Origin: Takakia lepidozioides
Taxonomy: Eukaryota; Plantae; Bryophyta
Direction of reading: 5' to 3'
Length of the DNA: 64,000 bases
Assembly (NCBI GenBank): GCA_030704615.1
Contig: CM060731.1
Span: 62,620,001 to 62,684,000 of the forward strand
Part shown: one piece after another, positions 35,571-48,019 of the stretch
How the letters are laid out: each line of letters opens with the position of its first letter
Numbering within the stretch: position 1 is the first letter of the stretch
The notes under the pieces: generated by a model
Told to the model about the DNA's origin: nothing
Databases searched by the model: none
What the model saw: only the letters and a program-made list of their open reading frames with translations
Translations under genes and position numbers: made by a program

Positions 35571-38500
35571 GATGAGCGTTGGGCCTGTGAGGTAAACCCA
35601 TGGGTCGTCTTGGCGGGGCCCACAGACGCATTGAAGACCTTAATATTAAAAAATGAGAGGCATCAGTCCCCCCCCCCCGCATAAAGCAAGGGGAGATCAG
35701 TTAACTAATTACTCATTTTTATTATTATTAATGGGTATTATGGCCCATTTATAGTTAACTAACTAGCAGTTAGTGTCACTGTTAGTTAAAGTTAACTATG
35801 TCATTAAGGGATGTAGTCTATTTAGCAGTATTTTGTTAGCAAAATTGCTTCAATTTTTTTGCTAAGCGAGCACAATTAGTTTCGTTGAAACAAACAAGAA
35901 AATAAACGAAAATAAAAAAGGTTATGCATGAGCGCAGATTTTGAGGTAGTTTGGCATTTAGTCGCATGAGCGCATTTTCATTTCGTTGGTAGCAAATATT
36001 TTGCTTTGTTGGTGTGAACATTCTCAAAGCTACCCAATTTCCTTATTGTCATAATGGCAAGCACCGGACGGTAGAGGTGGCATTCACTCTACAAATGTTT
36101 TGTGAACATTAACCTTACGGCAATTTGCTCCCTCATAGACATCATCACCAACAAGGAAACTATAGACAACCCATACTAAACAACTATTCTATGAGGTATC
36201 TCTACGCCCTTTTTTTTTAGGGTTTTTTAAATAATGGTACACTTCTAAAAGGTAGCAGACTCAAGGCCAATGCTTCTTAATTGCAACTGGAGTCCTCTCT
36301 TTCTGATACTAGCAAAAAAATTGTTGGCCCTGCCTTTAGCAAAGACTATGCATTCGTTTGCAAGGAAGCACCTCATGACCTTATATCTTAAGTGGGTCCA
36401 GAGAATAAAGGGCTACGTGGTCTATGGTGAAATTTTTTGACCTTGTGGAAATGAACTGCCCACATATGTCTTTGCACATGCCCACCTGGCATTCCCCAGG
36501 GATTGATGACGGTTGATGGTTATTATAACACAGCAATATATCAGTGATGATTGGAAAAGGGTTTTTTCAGGTATTAAAATATGAGTAAATTTCAGATCAA
36601 GTCTCTATCATGGAATGGAACCTCGCGGGAGCGTGAGGTGCATGACCTAGACTCACCTCTTCCTCCCTTCCCAAACCTATAGCAAACTCACGCCCACACA
36701 AATTGTTGGTAAGCCACTCCAAGACTTCGTTTATATAGTGATTCAACCCAAAGCCTTAAACATCATAATGATAAACATAGCGGCTGCTACGCACTATAGT
36801 AGTGTCCACAGGTTTTCTTTTCTTAAAAAAAGAAAAAGAAAAGTGTCCAGAGATTCACTGGTTTCAAGAAAGCTTTTATTATTAATATGATTTGCAGGGC
36901 CTCTGTCCCCTTTAAATTTTTAAAAAAGAAAAAAGAAAAAAAGAAAAAAGAAAGCCTAATTATTACGTATCCCTGAATTTTTTTTGTAAACTCTAATTTT
37001 TTTTAGTCTTGGCCTGTAATGAACAAGTCAAGCATAGCCCTAGATAAGCAATCAGTGCTTGGTTGAGGATTTGAGAGAAACCGCAACACAACCCACATAT
37101 TTATAAAGCCAAAACAATTGTAGGTACAATAATTCAGATTTTCATGAACTCAAACTGAGCTCGTAGAAGTTATTTCAGATTAAGTCTTCATGAAGATTTG
37201 AACCTCGCTTGATCTCACCAGTTCGTATTGTCATTCTACACACGTAATGAACTAGTCAATCATAGTCCTACGTAACATTGTCAGAGTGTTGTAGAGGATT
37301 TTAAAAATATACTTAACAAAACCCATCTACGAAGACCAGAATAATTCGTGGGACAATATTTCATGATGTAGCGGGGGTCCATTTTGTAATGAACTTACAC
37401 TGAACCCATTGATAATCAATCAAAAAGTGGAGGAGGAATAAAATATGAATTTTTATTCAGAATAAACGACCCATTGACATCTTTGGATTGATGCAAATAT
37501 ACTACTCTAGAGGAGAAATTGCCTTTTCCCATAGCTTTCCTCACACATGTTGGTATAAAATATGCCCCAATTCACAGGCAACCTTAGTGTGAGAACGAAC
37601 GTGTTGATTCCGCCTCTTGTGATATCACAGGGCTATGTTGTAAAAGCCATTCCACACTTTGATCACAACTGACGTGTCTAACGTGGTCAGTGACAGGGAT
37701 GTTGATGACAGGGTGCAACATGACCTGACATGGCATGGCATGGATGTCATGCCAAGGCGAGGCGCGTGTTGGTCGCATAACTTGACATGTGTGTCTTTGA
37801 AAAGGGGGAATGACCGTATGCGTATTACACCATAATTACATCGTGTGTCATTCGTCGACTGTGACACGTTTCATGTTCACATTGACAATCAATTGCAGGT
37901 GGATCATGAATTAGAAGATCTATCTCAGGAAGGCTCAAAGCAGAAGAAAGCACCATTGCTGGACCTGGGGGGCCACTTCCAAATATTCCGAAACTACGTG
38001 CAAAAAAATATAGGGTACAATATATTCGTAGATAAAATTTAGAAAACAATTACAAATAAAAAAGGGTACCAATATATCATGGTTTTGGAATTTAAATGAA
38101 TATAGAGTATGGAATATAAACTATTTTTCTTTTTGTTTACAACTACCAATAGGGTCTTGATAAATATTTGGGACACGTGTCGTCTAGTTACTTGTTTATC
38201 AGGTGGACTAGATTTGGATTTGGGGACTTTAAGTATTGATGACACTTGGTTCACAAGGGAGTTTGAGTTTAGGGTGGAGGATATTTCTGCAGCCAATAGA
38301 TCTTTTCAACTTTTCAATAAACCAACGACAACAGTAATGGTCCTCTTAAATTATTTCTTGAAATCTAGAGGGCACCTTAAATTCAAGTATGATGTAACAG
38401 ATAGTAAATGAATAGACATAAATTCAATCATTAGTTCAGTTCAGAATGCTTACCTTGACTACTACTTATGTCCAAGCTTTGGATGAGTTTGTTTTGACCA

Positions 38501-39349
38501 AGTAATGAACTATTTTCTACTGTAAGAAATTTCTTTTATTGTACTGTTTTTTTTAAAAGGATTTCTCATTTTATAACCAATTTGGGGGAAAATAAAATAA
38601 AACCCCATTATACTGTTACTATAACATGCCTGAAATTTGCTAACTGCAGTAAAATATAATTAATATAGCCTGTAAGAAAATCCAGCATTTTACAAAATTA
38701 TGTAAGTATAGAGTGGCCGATAAAGACCAAAATTAAAATAATACACCCATACAAAATACCCTTTTTTCGCACGTGATATAAAAGATATAGGGAGTGCCCC
38801 CCCCAAGTGTTGGACACTTGACACCTTCAGGACGTACAACATCTGTTAATATCTCATCAAATTTTTACAGCAGATCCAAGATCACAAAGTTGTAGGAAAA
38901 ACGACTCCACAAAGATAATTCATGAAACCTAGAATCAATCTGCATCGCGTTATTGAACAGATGTTACTTCACTTTCCCATATCCAAATTTGAACCCCCAA
39001 TTTCGGAAGACCGTTCACGCTTGGAAGTTCATCCACTTTCTTCCCTTCATTAATTTCTCACTACTTACTTTCATCTCCTAATCTCCACATTCTTTCTTCA
39101 TCCATACAATTTAAAGTAGGACGAGTTGCAATTGCAGTCCATCCACTTCGCATCAATGATCAAATGGCCAAGTATTTTTAGTAACCCAAAATTACACTGC
39201 AGTTTATTTGAAAGCATGATTTTCTCCAATGAATCTATAAAATATTTGACATAAAAATCTCAAATATTACCAATATCATCATCATTGAATAGCATATTTT
39301 TATGCTATTGCATTTGGAGCTAGCATTTGTAAGTCATTTTATAATATAA

Positions 39350-39826
39350 CTATTTACCATTTGTTCCAGTACTCCATACAGGATCGGTCGCTGAGGCACT
39401 GTCGCAATAAATAACAAGATTCCCATCTTCTTGTATCTTGAGAATGAATTCTTGTGCATTTCCTTGTGGACAAGTATGTGGACCAGTGTTCCAAAGCTCA
39501 CGTCCGTTTTCATTGTAAACCACCAAATTTCCATCACTTTGCATAGAAGCGTAACAGTTGGAACCTTTGTTATATGTGTAGCTACTCCATAGTGCTTCCT
39601 TAGTAGCAAACCTGTATAGCACCAAATTGCAGTCACTTTGCATGATGAGACTATATGTCAAATACTCACTAGTTATGTAGTCCATTTTACTGGTTAAGCT
39701 GGCTGTTTGAAACAAACAACAACCCCCAGTTAGATTTGGAACACAACAATCACTCTTAGCTGGGATTATGGAAAGTATGAGACAGAGAAGTATCAACATT
39801 GTTTTGAACACACTTTTGGCATCCAT
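39350..39826 (-). CDS. Secreted GNA-type (bulb-type) mannose-binding lectin
   Basis: ATG at 39826 (the track start at 39901 is TTG). Signal peptide MDAKSVFKTMLILLCLILSIIPAKS. Three QxDxNxVxY sites: QSDCNLVLY, QSDGNLVVY, QEDGNLVIY. Intact and intronless. Confidence 0.93.
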   Translation of the reverse strand: MDAKSVFKTMLILLCLILSIIPAKSDCCVPNLTGGCCLFQTASLTSKMDYITSEYLTYSLIMQSDCNLVLYRFATKEALWSSYTYNKGSNCYASMQSDGNLVVYNENGRELWNTGPHTCPQGNAQEFILKIQEDGNLVIYCDSASATDPVWSTGTNGK

Positions 39827-40100
39827 ATTCTTGTTGTATGCTTCATTAGAGAAGTTGAGGTCTAAATGAGCTCCTAGATATTGATTCTTCTTTCCATACA
39901 AACTGTTTTTTATTTGAAAAATATTGATAAAAATGTTGAGATATTTTCAAAAGGTTCGATGTCCATACAAACATTTGTTAATGCAGACAAATCTCCAATG
40001 TTAACATACCATCATCATATTTTGATCACTACGTTGTCCAATTGGCAACATTGCATAAGACAATGATGTCAAAATTAATGATTCCAATATATAATATATA

Positions 40101-41362
40101 TCTATACTTTATTAAAAAAATTGACTGTTCTTTATTGGGCCATGCCTACGGAATGACTACGCACTCATTTTGGTCTACAACTACCTTAACGCTAGAAATC
40201 TAGCTTGGACCTTATCGTTAGAAGTAGGTAATCTTGTCGTGACTAAGAGCATCTCCTGAGCACAAGGCAGGGTACAAGGCTGAGGATGAAGATATGTTGG
40301 CAGAAAATTCAGAGGAAGCCCAGACTTGTTACAATACCTACCCAAAAACGACAATGTAGCGTGGCGGGGTCCTAAAATGGCCGCGGTTGCCTCATCCCTA
40401 TATAATTGCTGCAGGCCCCGCCGCAAATCTACCTTCTGCACGTCACTTCTGCCAAGCATATAGGGACCCCGCCAACCACTGTACATTAGATTGCATATGC
40501 CAACCAACCCAACCATCAATTGCGCCCTCCAAAGATCCATTTCAACGCTCCAAGATTGTGATCAGGCCTACCAAGTTGTGATCGCGGCTATCTATGCCTA
40601 TCTATGCTGGGTCTTCTACCGTCCCAATCATGGAGTGCCAACCAAACCGTCCCCGTAAAAAATATCGTCACCCCTGTAACCAGGGTACATAACGTTTGAC
40701 GGCCCTGCTCACCGTGGAGATGCTCTAAGCATTTACATAGTCTACAACTACCTTATTAGTAAAAGTAGCTTGGACTTTAATGTTAGGGCTATATATTTAT
40801 TTGGGTTTATAACTACATCAACCAGGGTTGCACATCCCGTCAGATCCAATCCTGATGTGGGCCTACATCATGTAAGTTCTATATAAAGATAAGTAGTTAC
40901 GTCGGTTCTGGCCGAAGTCTTCTCTCTCTCAAAATAAGGGATAAAAAACATGTCACATATGCTAAACAAAATACGAAAATAGCCCCGTGGCGTGAAAAAC
41001 CAACCAAAAAAGAGGCACATTGGCTAAATAAATAATGTAAATTTCAAATATATATTTAATTTGATCTGAGTGACAAGTGCCATATATTTTGAGATTATTT
41101 AAAATAAAATTAGGTCAGCACGCTAGTAGTCCCGTTATATATTTATATATTTATACTTGCTTAAAATAGGATCCATTATATTAAAAAATTTAAACAAACT
41201 GGGGGACGGCCATAGTATACTCTTAAAAATATATCAATTTAAATTGGGACCGTCCCGATATATTTTTAAATTATTTTAAATTAAATTAAAACTGCTAGTC
41301 CTTGTGGTCCACATATATTTTTAAAAATATAGTTTAAATTAAATTGGGACCACCGGTGCTAG
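40101..41362 (+). mobile_element. Possible non-autonomous Helitron
   Basis: A|TCTATACTTTATTAAAA 5' end, AT-rich internal repeats and CTAG candidates at about 41123, 41295 and 41359. No convincing 3' hairpin. Confidence 0.3.
40247..40725. mobile_element. Tourist-like (PIF/Harbinger) MITE
   Basis: TIRs GAGCATCTCC...GGAGATGCTC with a TAA target-site duplication (40244-40246 and 40726-40728). Confidence 0.88.
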
Positions 41363-42590
41363 CGTTTTGTTTTTTTTTTTTGGCGAATTTTCGCCATTTG
41401 GCGAGCTCAGATTTGACACTTCGATTTGCCCATATTAAAAATGAGGGCATAAATGTGTTGATCGCCATCCCATCAGTGGTGGCTCCTAGGGAATAGCCAG
41501 TGCATCAGTCAATGTCATTCCCATTAATATTGTCACCTCACCGCCGAGCCGTCAAAATCAATCGCCATATCAGCCGCCAATCTGTGGAAGAATCGCGTTT
41601 ACATGCCACCGACGCTTGTTGTCTCGCAAGTGCTGTTTGTAGATCTATTAAAGCTTCTCAATGTTTTAGCATCGTATTATATATGCTAGATATGTTGGTA
41701 GCTAAAGCTCTTCAATGTGTTAGTGGCGTATAGATCTATTTAGTACTGCATCATTATGGGAAGAAACTTAAGCAAGGAGTCCCTTCAAATTGGTAGGCAA
41801 GATGGAGGTCGTTGGCAGATCAGAGATAAATTCAAGAGCTCACATTGGGGTTTCCAAAGTGGTCATTCTCAATCTGTGCAGCTATGGCTCCATTGGTTCC
41901 ACCAGCAAATTTCAAATACAAACTGATCTTTGGTGCCACAGCCCCATCGCATGTAGCATCTTCCAGCAATAATAGTTCTATTGTGACTATCACTGAGACT
42001 ACCCCAAGAGAAACAACACCTGTGACAGATGAGACAGAGAAAAGCAGGAAGAGAAAATAGTACGAGGAAAATAGGATATTTCAAGACATATGGGCTGCGA
42101 AGCTACCATGGGCTGAGAGTGTAGTGGGCCCTAATGGCAAGATCTCTCAAGTCAAATGTAAAGTTTGCACACATGTTGAGGGGAGGGAAAAATTGTTGGT
42201 GCCAAAGCTTGATGGTCACATGCTGGCCGCAAGAGAGCCGGTGACTCCACACCTGGTCACAGCAAAGGGATCTCTGTACTACGATCCTACTAACCAGCAT
42301 CAAGAGAACGAGAGAATTTTTGCAATACATGCCTCAAGGAAGCATCAGTTGGTACAAGGTCAAGCAGCTAAAGATGATAGGAAAAAAATAGTTCAATTTG
42401 CAGCATTGTTCTATTTGTTGCGTGAAGGTCGTCTGATAACAAAATATGAGACTTTGAAGGAATTGTTTGGATTCTTGAAAGTGAAACATACCCCAAGGAA
42501 GCACTGGAGTGACAATGCAGGTCGGGACATGACAAAGTGTCTCCATAGTATAGTACTATAGAGGACCAATGAGGTTGTCAGAGCAGCAAA
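41360..42590 (+). mobile_element. 5' fragment of a hAT element (ZNF862/C17orf113-like transposase N-terminus)
   Basis: RIFQDIWAAKLPWAE...VKCKVC...KLLVPKLD and KHWSDNAG. Terminal ttttggcgaattttcgcca inverted motif. Confidence 0.7.
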
Positions 42591-43646
42591 CCGATCGAAG
42601 AAGTGGTCGATCCTTGGCAAAGGGTACTGATTTTTTATAGTCACCTTATTCAGAGCCCTGTAATCGACACACATCCGCAGCGTCCCATCTTTCTTATCTG
42701 CAAATAGTACCGGGCTCCGTAAGGCGACTTACTCGGCCGGATGTACCCCTTTACCATTAGATCCTTGAGCTGGGCCTTCAGTTCGACCAACTCTCTATGG
42801 CTCAACCGGTAGGGCGCCTTGACAGGCGGCTCTGATCCCGGCACCACCTCTATCTTGTGGTCAACTCCTCTTCGCGGTGGCAAGCCGCTTGATAAATCCT
42901 CCAGCATCACATCCTTGTATTTCTCCAGGATCCCCTTGATCCAATCTGGGCTCAGCTCCCTATCGACTTCTCCTTCCACTTGTCTCACGTAAAGCAAAAA
43001 CTGGGGCTCGTGTGGCTCCTCCACGACCCACTCCTTTGTTGTCAGCAGGTTTATTCGCCCTCCCACTCAGTTGGGCGTTTCCGACACCCGTAAAACTTCG
43101 CCATTATTCCCACACGATAGCGTGACTACTCTCTTGCGGCCATCTATGACCGCTCCAGATTTGCTCAAAAAGGACATCCCAAAATGAGATCCACTCTATC
43201 GATCTCGCAAATGGTGAAGTTCTCACGTCCCGCAGCTGAAGAGGAACATCGAACATCACCCTCGTCGTCAGTTGTGGTTCTTATTTGGCAGAACGCACTT
43301 CAATAGAGGCCCCCGCATCACTTGTCGGGAGTCCCAACTTTCGTGCCGTTGCCGGTGTCAAGAAGGAGTGCGACGCTCATGTGTCCACCAACAACGACAC
43401 ATTAGTTCCGGAAATCACCCCGTACACGAACATTAGCTGACTTCCTTTATGCAAAACTTCTGTTTCATAGTATAACTCACAACAGTAGTTGCCTACCTTG
43501 CTAGTCTTGGCGACCACCGCCTCCACCAAGCGGCTGATGGAGTCTTCGGACAGCTCCGTGGTCGCCTTGGCCAAGTTCAACTTTTGGGGCTTCGCGCACC
43601 TCTTGGCCATGTGCCTGGGCTCCCCGCAATTAAAACACACCCCATC
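42590..43646 (-). mobile_element. Chromovirus copy 3 fragment (gag knuckle-PR-RT start), diverged relative of copy 1
   Basis: [42 protein letters not shown]. Confidence 0.9.
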
Positions 43647-44210
43647 TGTCATGGACATAGCCCAAATGAACTTACCAGGAATAAATACCAGAAGTTATCA
43701 AGTTACCATGTTATCGGAAGTTATCATGATTTACCATTACTTACCAAGTTACCGGGAGTTTACCAAATTACCAAGAGTAACTTGGGAAACTGCTCAAGAA
43801 GCTTCCTTTGGAGGAAACTTCTCCATCAAGATACATCATTTGTTTAAGGAAGCTTCTCCATCAAGAAACCTCCATAGGGGAAGCTTCTTAGGGAACTTCT
43901 TAGTAGCCAGTATATATAGGAGGCGAGACTGGACACTCTTCAGTCTCGCCAACACAAGTTCAAGCTACTCTTGTTCCCAGTCCCAGTACTCCAGTCCAGT
44001 TTCCAGTATCTGGTACTCCAGTCCAGTTTCCAGCATTCCAGTATTCGAGTCAAGTTCCAGTATCTTGTACTCTTGTCCATTGTTGTAAAGATCATCTTGA
44101 TTCATGTTTATCCACCATGCACTCGACCACGTCGACCTTGACTTCTTGTCTAGTCTTGTACCTCTAGTCTGATCTCTTGTTTGTGTTCAGTCATGTTCTT
44201 GCCTTCGACA
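43647..44210 (+). repeat. 5' LTR (564 bp), TGTC...GACA
   Basis: Inverted termini, TATA at 43911-43918, followed by a self-complementary PBS at 44213-44223. Confidence 0.85.
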
Positions 44211-46240
44211 GTTTGGCGAGACTAAAGTTTGTTCCTTAGTTAGTTAAGATGGAATGCACATTTGCGGAAATGGTTGTCACATTGCAGAGTCTTCAGCTCA
44301 AGATGCAAAAACTTCGTACCTCTACCGCCCAATTGCAAGCTGATTGATCTTTGGTTCTCTCGTAATCTGTTGAAGAGGAACCATTGCAGTAGGAGCTGTT
44401 GCAGTAGGGACTCATATGGTTGAAGATCCATTGTTCAACTCTTTTAATTCTGAAATTTGTTGTTGCAAATTATGGAGAGCGTTGCCAAGATCTTGAGACT
44501 ATCGAGCCTGCGCAGGAGCCGGCACCATTAACGGTAATCCAGCCCGCTGTACACGTCATCTTATGTAGGAGGATTGAGACCCTACGCCCCAGCAGCGTCC
44601 CCGACACCCGTAGTAGCGTTTCTCTTTACGTCTTTCGAACAAACGATTAACGCATGCAATGACTTGGGTGATGAATTCACTCAGTGTGCTCACGTTTGGC
44701 ATTGTCAGCAACAAATCTTTTACATCATCTGTTAGTCCACATCGAAACTGACTAATGAGGCTCTTCTCATTCCAGTCGAGATCGCACGCAAGTTGGCGAA
44801 TTTCAGCAGCATAAACGGAAGCATGATGTGCTCACTGTCGAAGATTTCGCATCTTTGTCTCTGCAACTCTCTCTCTATCATTCTCTCCAAATGTTGCAGT
44901 GAACTCGGACATGAATGCTTCAAAATTATATAGTAAATGCGAATTTTTTTCTAATAGCAGTGCAAACCAAGATAGGGCAGTGCTTGATAGAAGGGTGCCC
45001 ACGAATCCCACTTGAATACCTTCATCGGGGTAGCGTTGTGGATGTAGTCGTAGGAACAGTCGTATTTGTTGAACAAAACTGCAAAATCTTGATCTCGTCC
45101 CATCAAATTTCTCGGGCATGCGATCTGGACGGTCGATGACGCATCATGTCACTGCTACTACGGCACCAAACACAATGATCCATCAGACATCCGGTAGTGA
45201 TCCTATGCAGATTGATGTTGTCCGATTCAAGCCATTGACGCCACAAGAAAAACAAGACGGCGCTCGAATGGATTATGCCTCTATTGCGGAGAAGAATATC
45301 ACATAGCATTAAACTGCCCCAATAAGAGAAGATTCAAAGCTTGGGGCACAACTCAAGTGTTCGATACGAGGAGGTCGGAAAACGAAGATGTCCAGTCATA
45401 GTAGGGACCATGCGGCTGGACACCACAAATTCCTTACCGAAAAAAAAATCTTTTTCTACCTCCAGACCCCGCACCTTGCTTCACAGTTCCGGTAAAAATC
45501 AGAGCGCAAAATCGAGATATCTCTGTAGAAGCACTTTTGGACTCAGGGGCTTCATCTTGTTTTATGGACAATTTTTTTGCGAAGCAACACAATTTAACGC
45601 TCGTAAAGAAGAAACTCTCGGCCCCCGTTGAAGTCATCGATGGACGACTGTTAGCATCAGGAAATGTGGACCATGAAACTCGACCACTTGAAGTACTGAA
45701 GCTTAAAGATCAAGCATCACATATTGTTTTCAACGCCATCCAGTCTCCAACGAATCCTGTGATCCTTTGACTTCCCTGGTTCGTACTTCACAATCCTGAC
45801 ATCGATTGGCGATCGCAAAAAATTTCTGCAAGACAAAAATGTAGAAATATCAAAAGTATTCAACCCCTGTTCCTTGGAGCTAGAGTTTTCATGAGAGCTA
45901 CCAAAAAGGAGGCAACATTTGCACTTTATGCGACTCCGATCAAGACCACAACAGACAAAGGTACTTCAACATTACCCGCTCAATATCAAGATTTCAAAGA
46001 TGTCTTCGAGAAGAAAAATGCAGATATATTGCCAAAACATCGACCTTATGACTATGCAATTGAGTTACAAGAAAGAGCCCAACCACCATTCGGCCCAATC
46101 TATAACTTATCCCAGACGGAGTTGGCTACATTACGTGAATACATTGATGAAAATTTGTCGAAGCACTTCATCCGACATTCAAAATCACATGCGGGGGCGC
46201 CTACCTTGTTTGTGAAAAAGAAGAACGGATCATTACGCAT
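43647..46240 (+). mobile_element. Tcn1/Tf1-sushi-type Ty3 element: 5' LTR + scrambled gag + PR + RT start
   Basis: Gag PEKFDG...LRQ (inverted), DPMQID, LLDSGAS and HRPYDYAIEL...PPFGPIYNLS. Cut by a hAT insertion at 46240. Confidence 0.85.
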
Positions 46241-46429
46241 CCCGGTTATCAGCGTCACGTCCGTCTGTCAGCGTCAGGTCACGTCAGACCTGACGCTGAC
46301 GGGACCTCCATCACGTCAGGTTCGGGGAATATTTTGATAAAAATAGTACCAGGTAAAATACTACCACTTAAGCAGCCACGTCGCCGACACGGTGGCAATG
46401 GCAAATACATTTTGAAAATTAACAAAATA

Positions 46430-47610
46430 AACACGACCGCCAATTCGCTTTGTTTTTTGAAATTAAAAAAGAAATAGCGACCATCGTATTGGCGGTCGCT
46501 TCAATTTTTATTTATTTTTAAAGCAAGATTAGCGGTCGCCTTATTTTTCGAAATAGAAAAAGAAATAGCGACCGCCACATTGGCGGTCGCTTCAAATGTT
46601 TTTTTTTTTAAAGCAAGATTGGCGGTCGCACTGGCAGTCGCCTTAATTTTTGAATTAAAAAAACAAATAGCAACCGCTATGTTGGCGGTCGCTTCAATTT
46701 ATTTTAAGAAAAAACAAGATTGGCAGTCGTATTGGCGGTCGCCTAATTTAAAAAAGAGAACAAGCGACTGCCGTATTGGCGGTCGCACGGTGGCAAATAC
46801 ATTTTTGAAAATTAAAAAAAATGAACGCTTTGTTTTTCAAAATTAAAAAAGAAATAGCGACCGCCGTATTGGCGGTCGCTCCAATTTTTATTTTCTTAAA
46901 AGCAAGATTGGCGGTCGCACTGGCGGTCGCCTTATTTTTTGAAATAGAAAAAAGAAATAGCGACCGCCATATTGGCGGTCGCTTCAAATGTTTTTTTTTT
47001 AAAAGCAAGATTGGCAGTCGCACTGGCAGTCGCCTTATTTTTCGAATTAAAAAAACAAATAGCGACTGCTATGCTGGCGGTCGCTTCAATTTATTGTTTT
47101 ATAAAAACAAGATTGGCGGTCGCCTAATTTTAAAAAGAAAACAAGCGACTGCCGTATTGGCGGTCGCACGATGGCAAATACATTTTTGAAAATTAACAAA
47201 ATGAACGCGACCGCCAATTATGGCGGTCGCTTTGTTTTTTCAAAATTAAAAAAGAAATAGCGACCGCCGTATTGGCGGTCGCTTCACTTGTTTTTTTTTA
47301 AAAGCAAGATTGGTGGTCGCACTGGCGGTCGCTTTATTTTTTGAAATAGAAAAAGAAATAGCGACCGCCATATTGGCGGTCGCTTCAAATTTGTTTTTAG
47401 ATTGGCGGTCGCACTGGCGGTCGCTTTATTTTTTGAATTAAAAAAAAAATAGCAACCGCTATCTTGGCGGTCGCTTAAATTTAAAAATATACAAAATAGA
47501 AGTGACCACAATAATGCACAAAATGAAAGGAAATAAAAGCAACCTCAGTAGTGGCGGTCGCTTGTTTTTCATAAAAAATAAAAATACGGACCGTAGTATT
47601 AGTGGTCGCT
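46430..47610. repeat. Left subterminal array of GCGACCGCC-N6-GGCGGTCGC palindromes
   Basis: Many copies separated by A/T-rich spacers. Confidence 0.9.
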
Positions 47611-48019
47611 TAATTTCAAAATTACAACAAATATGGTTGTACAGCCTTTTTTGGGTGGGCGCTATTGGTTCGTCATTCATTCATTTCACTTTCATTTCAT
47701 TTTCATCCCTCTTGGATCATATATAAGGGAGGAGGATCACCAAGCTCCTCACTTCTTTTGGCGCAAACACTTGAGATTGTTTTGGATATTCTCTTCTATT
47801 GAACGAGAGTGTAGCCCAAGAGGAAGGTATGCACCTTTTGCCGTTGTGGATGCCACCAAAGCCACTTCAGCAGATTGTGTATAAGCTCAATACTACAACC
47901 CACATCGACCCACTTGGATTGCTGACAGGTGTAGAAGTGTTGGGCTATCGCATTGCACTCTACATTCACAACACGTTCATTTATAGGTGACTGTTTTTTG
48001 TTGCTTGTATCGCTAGGTC

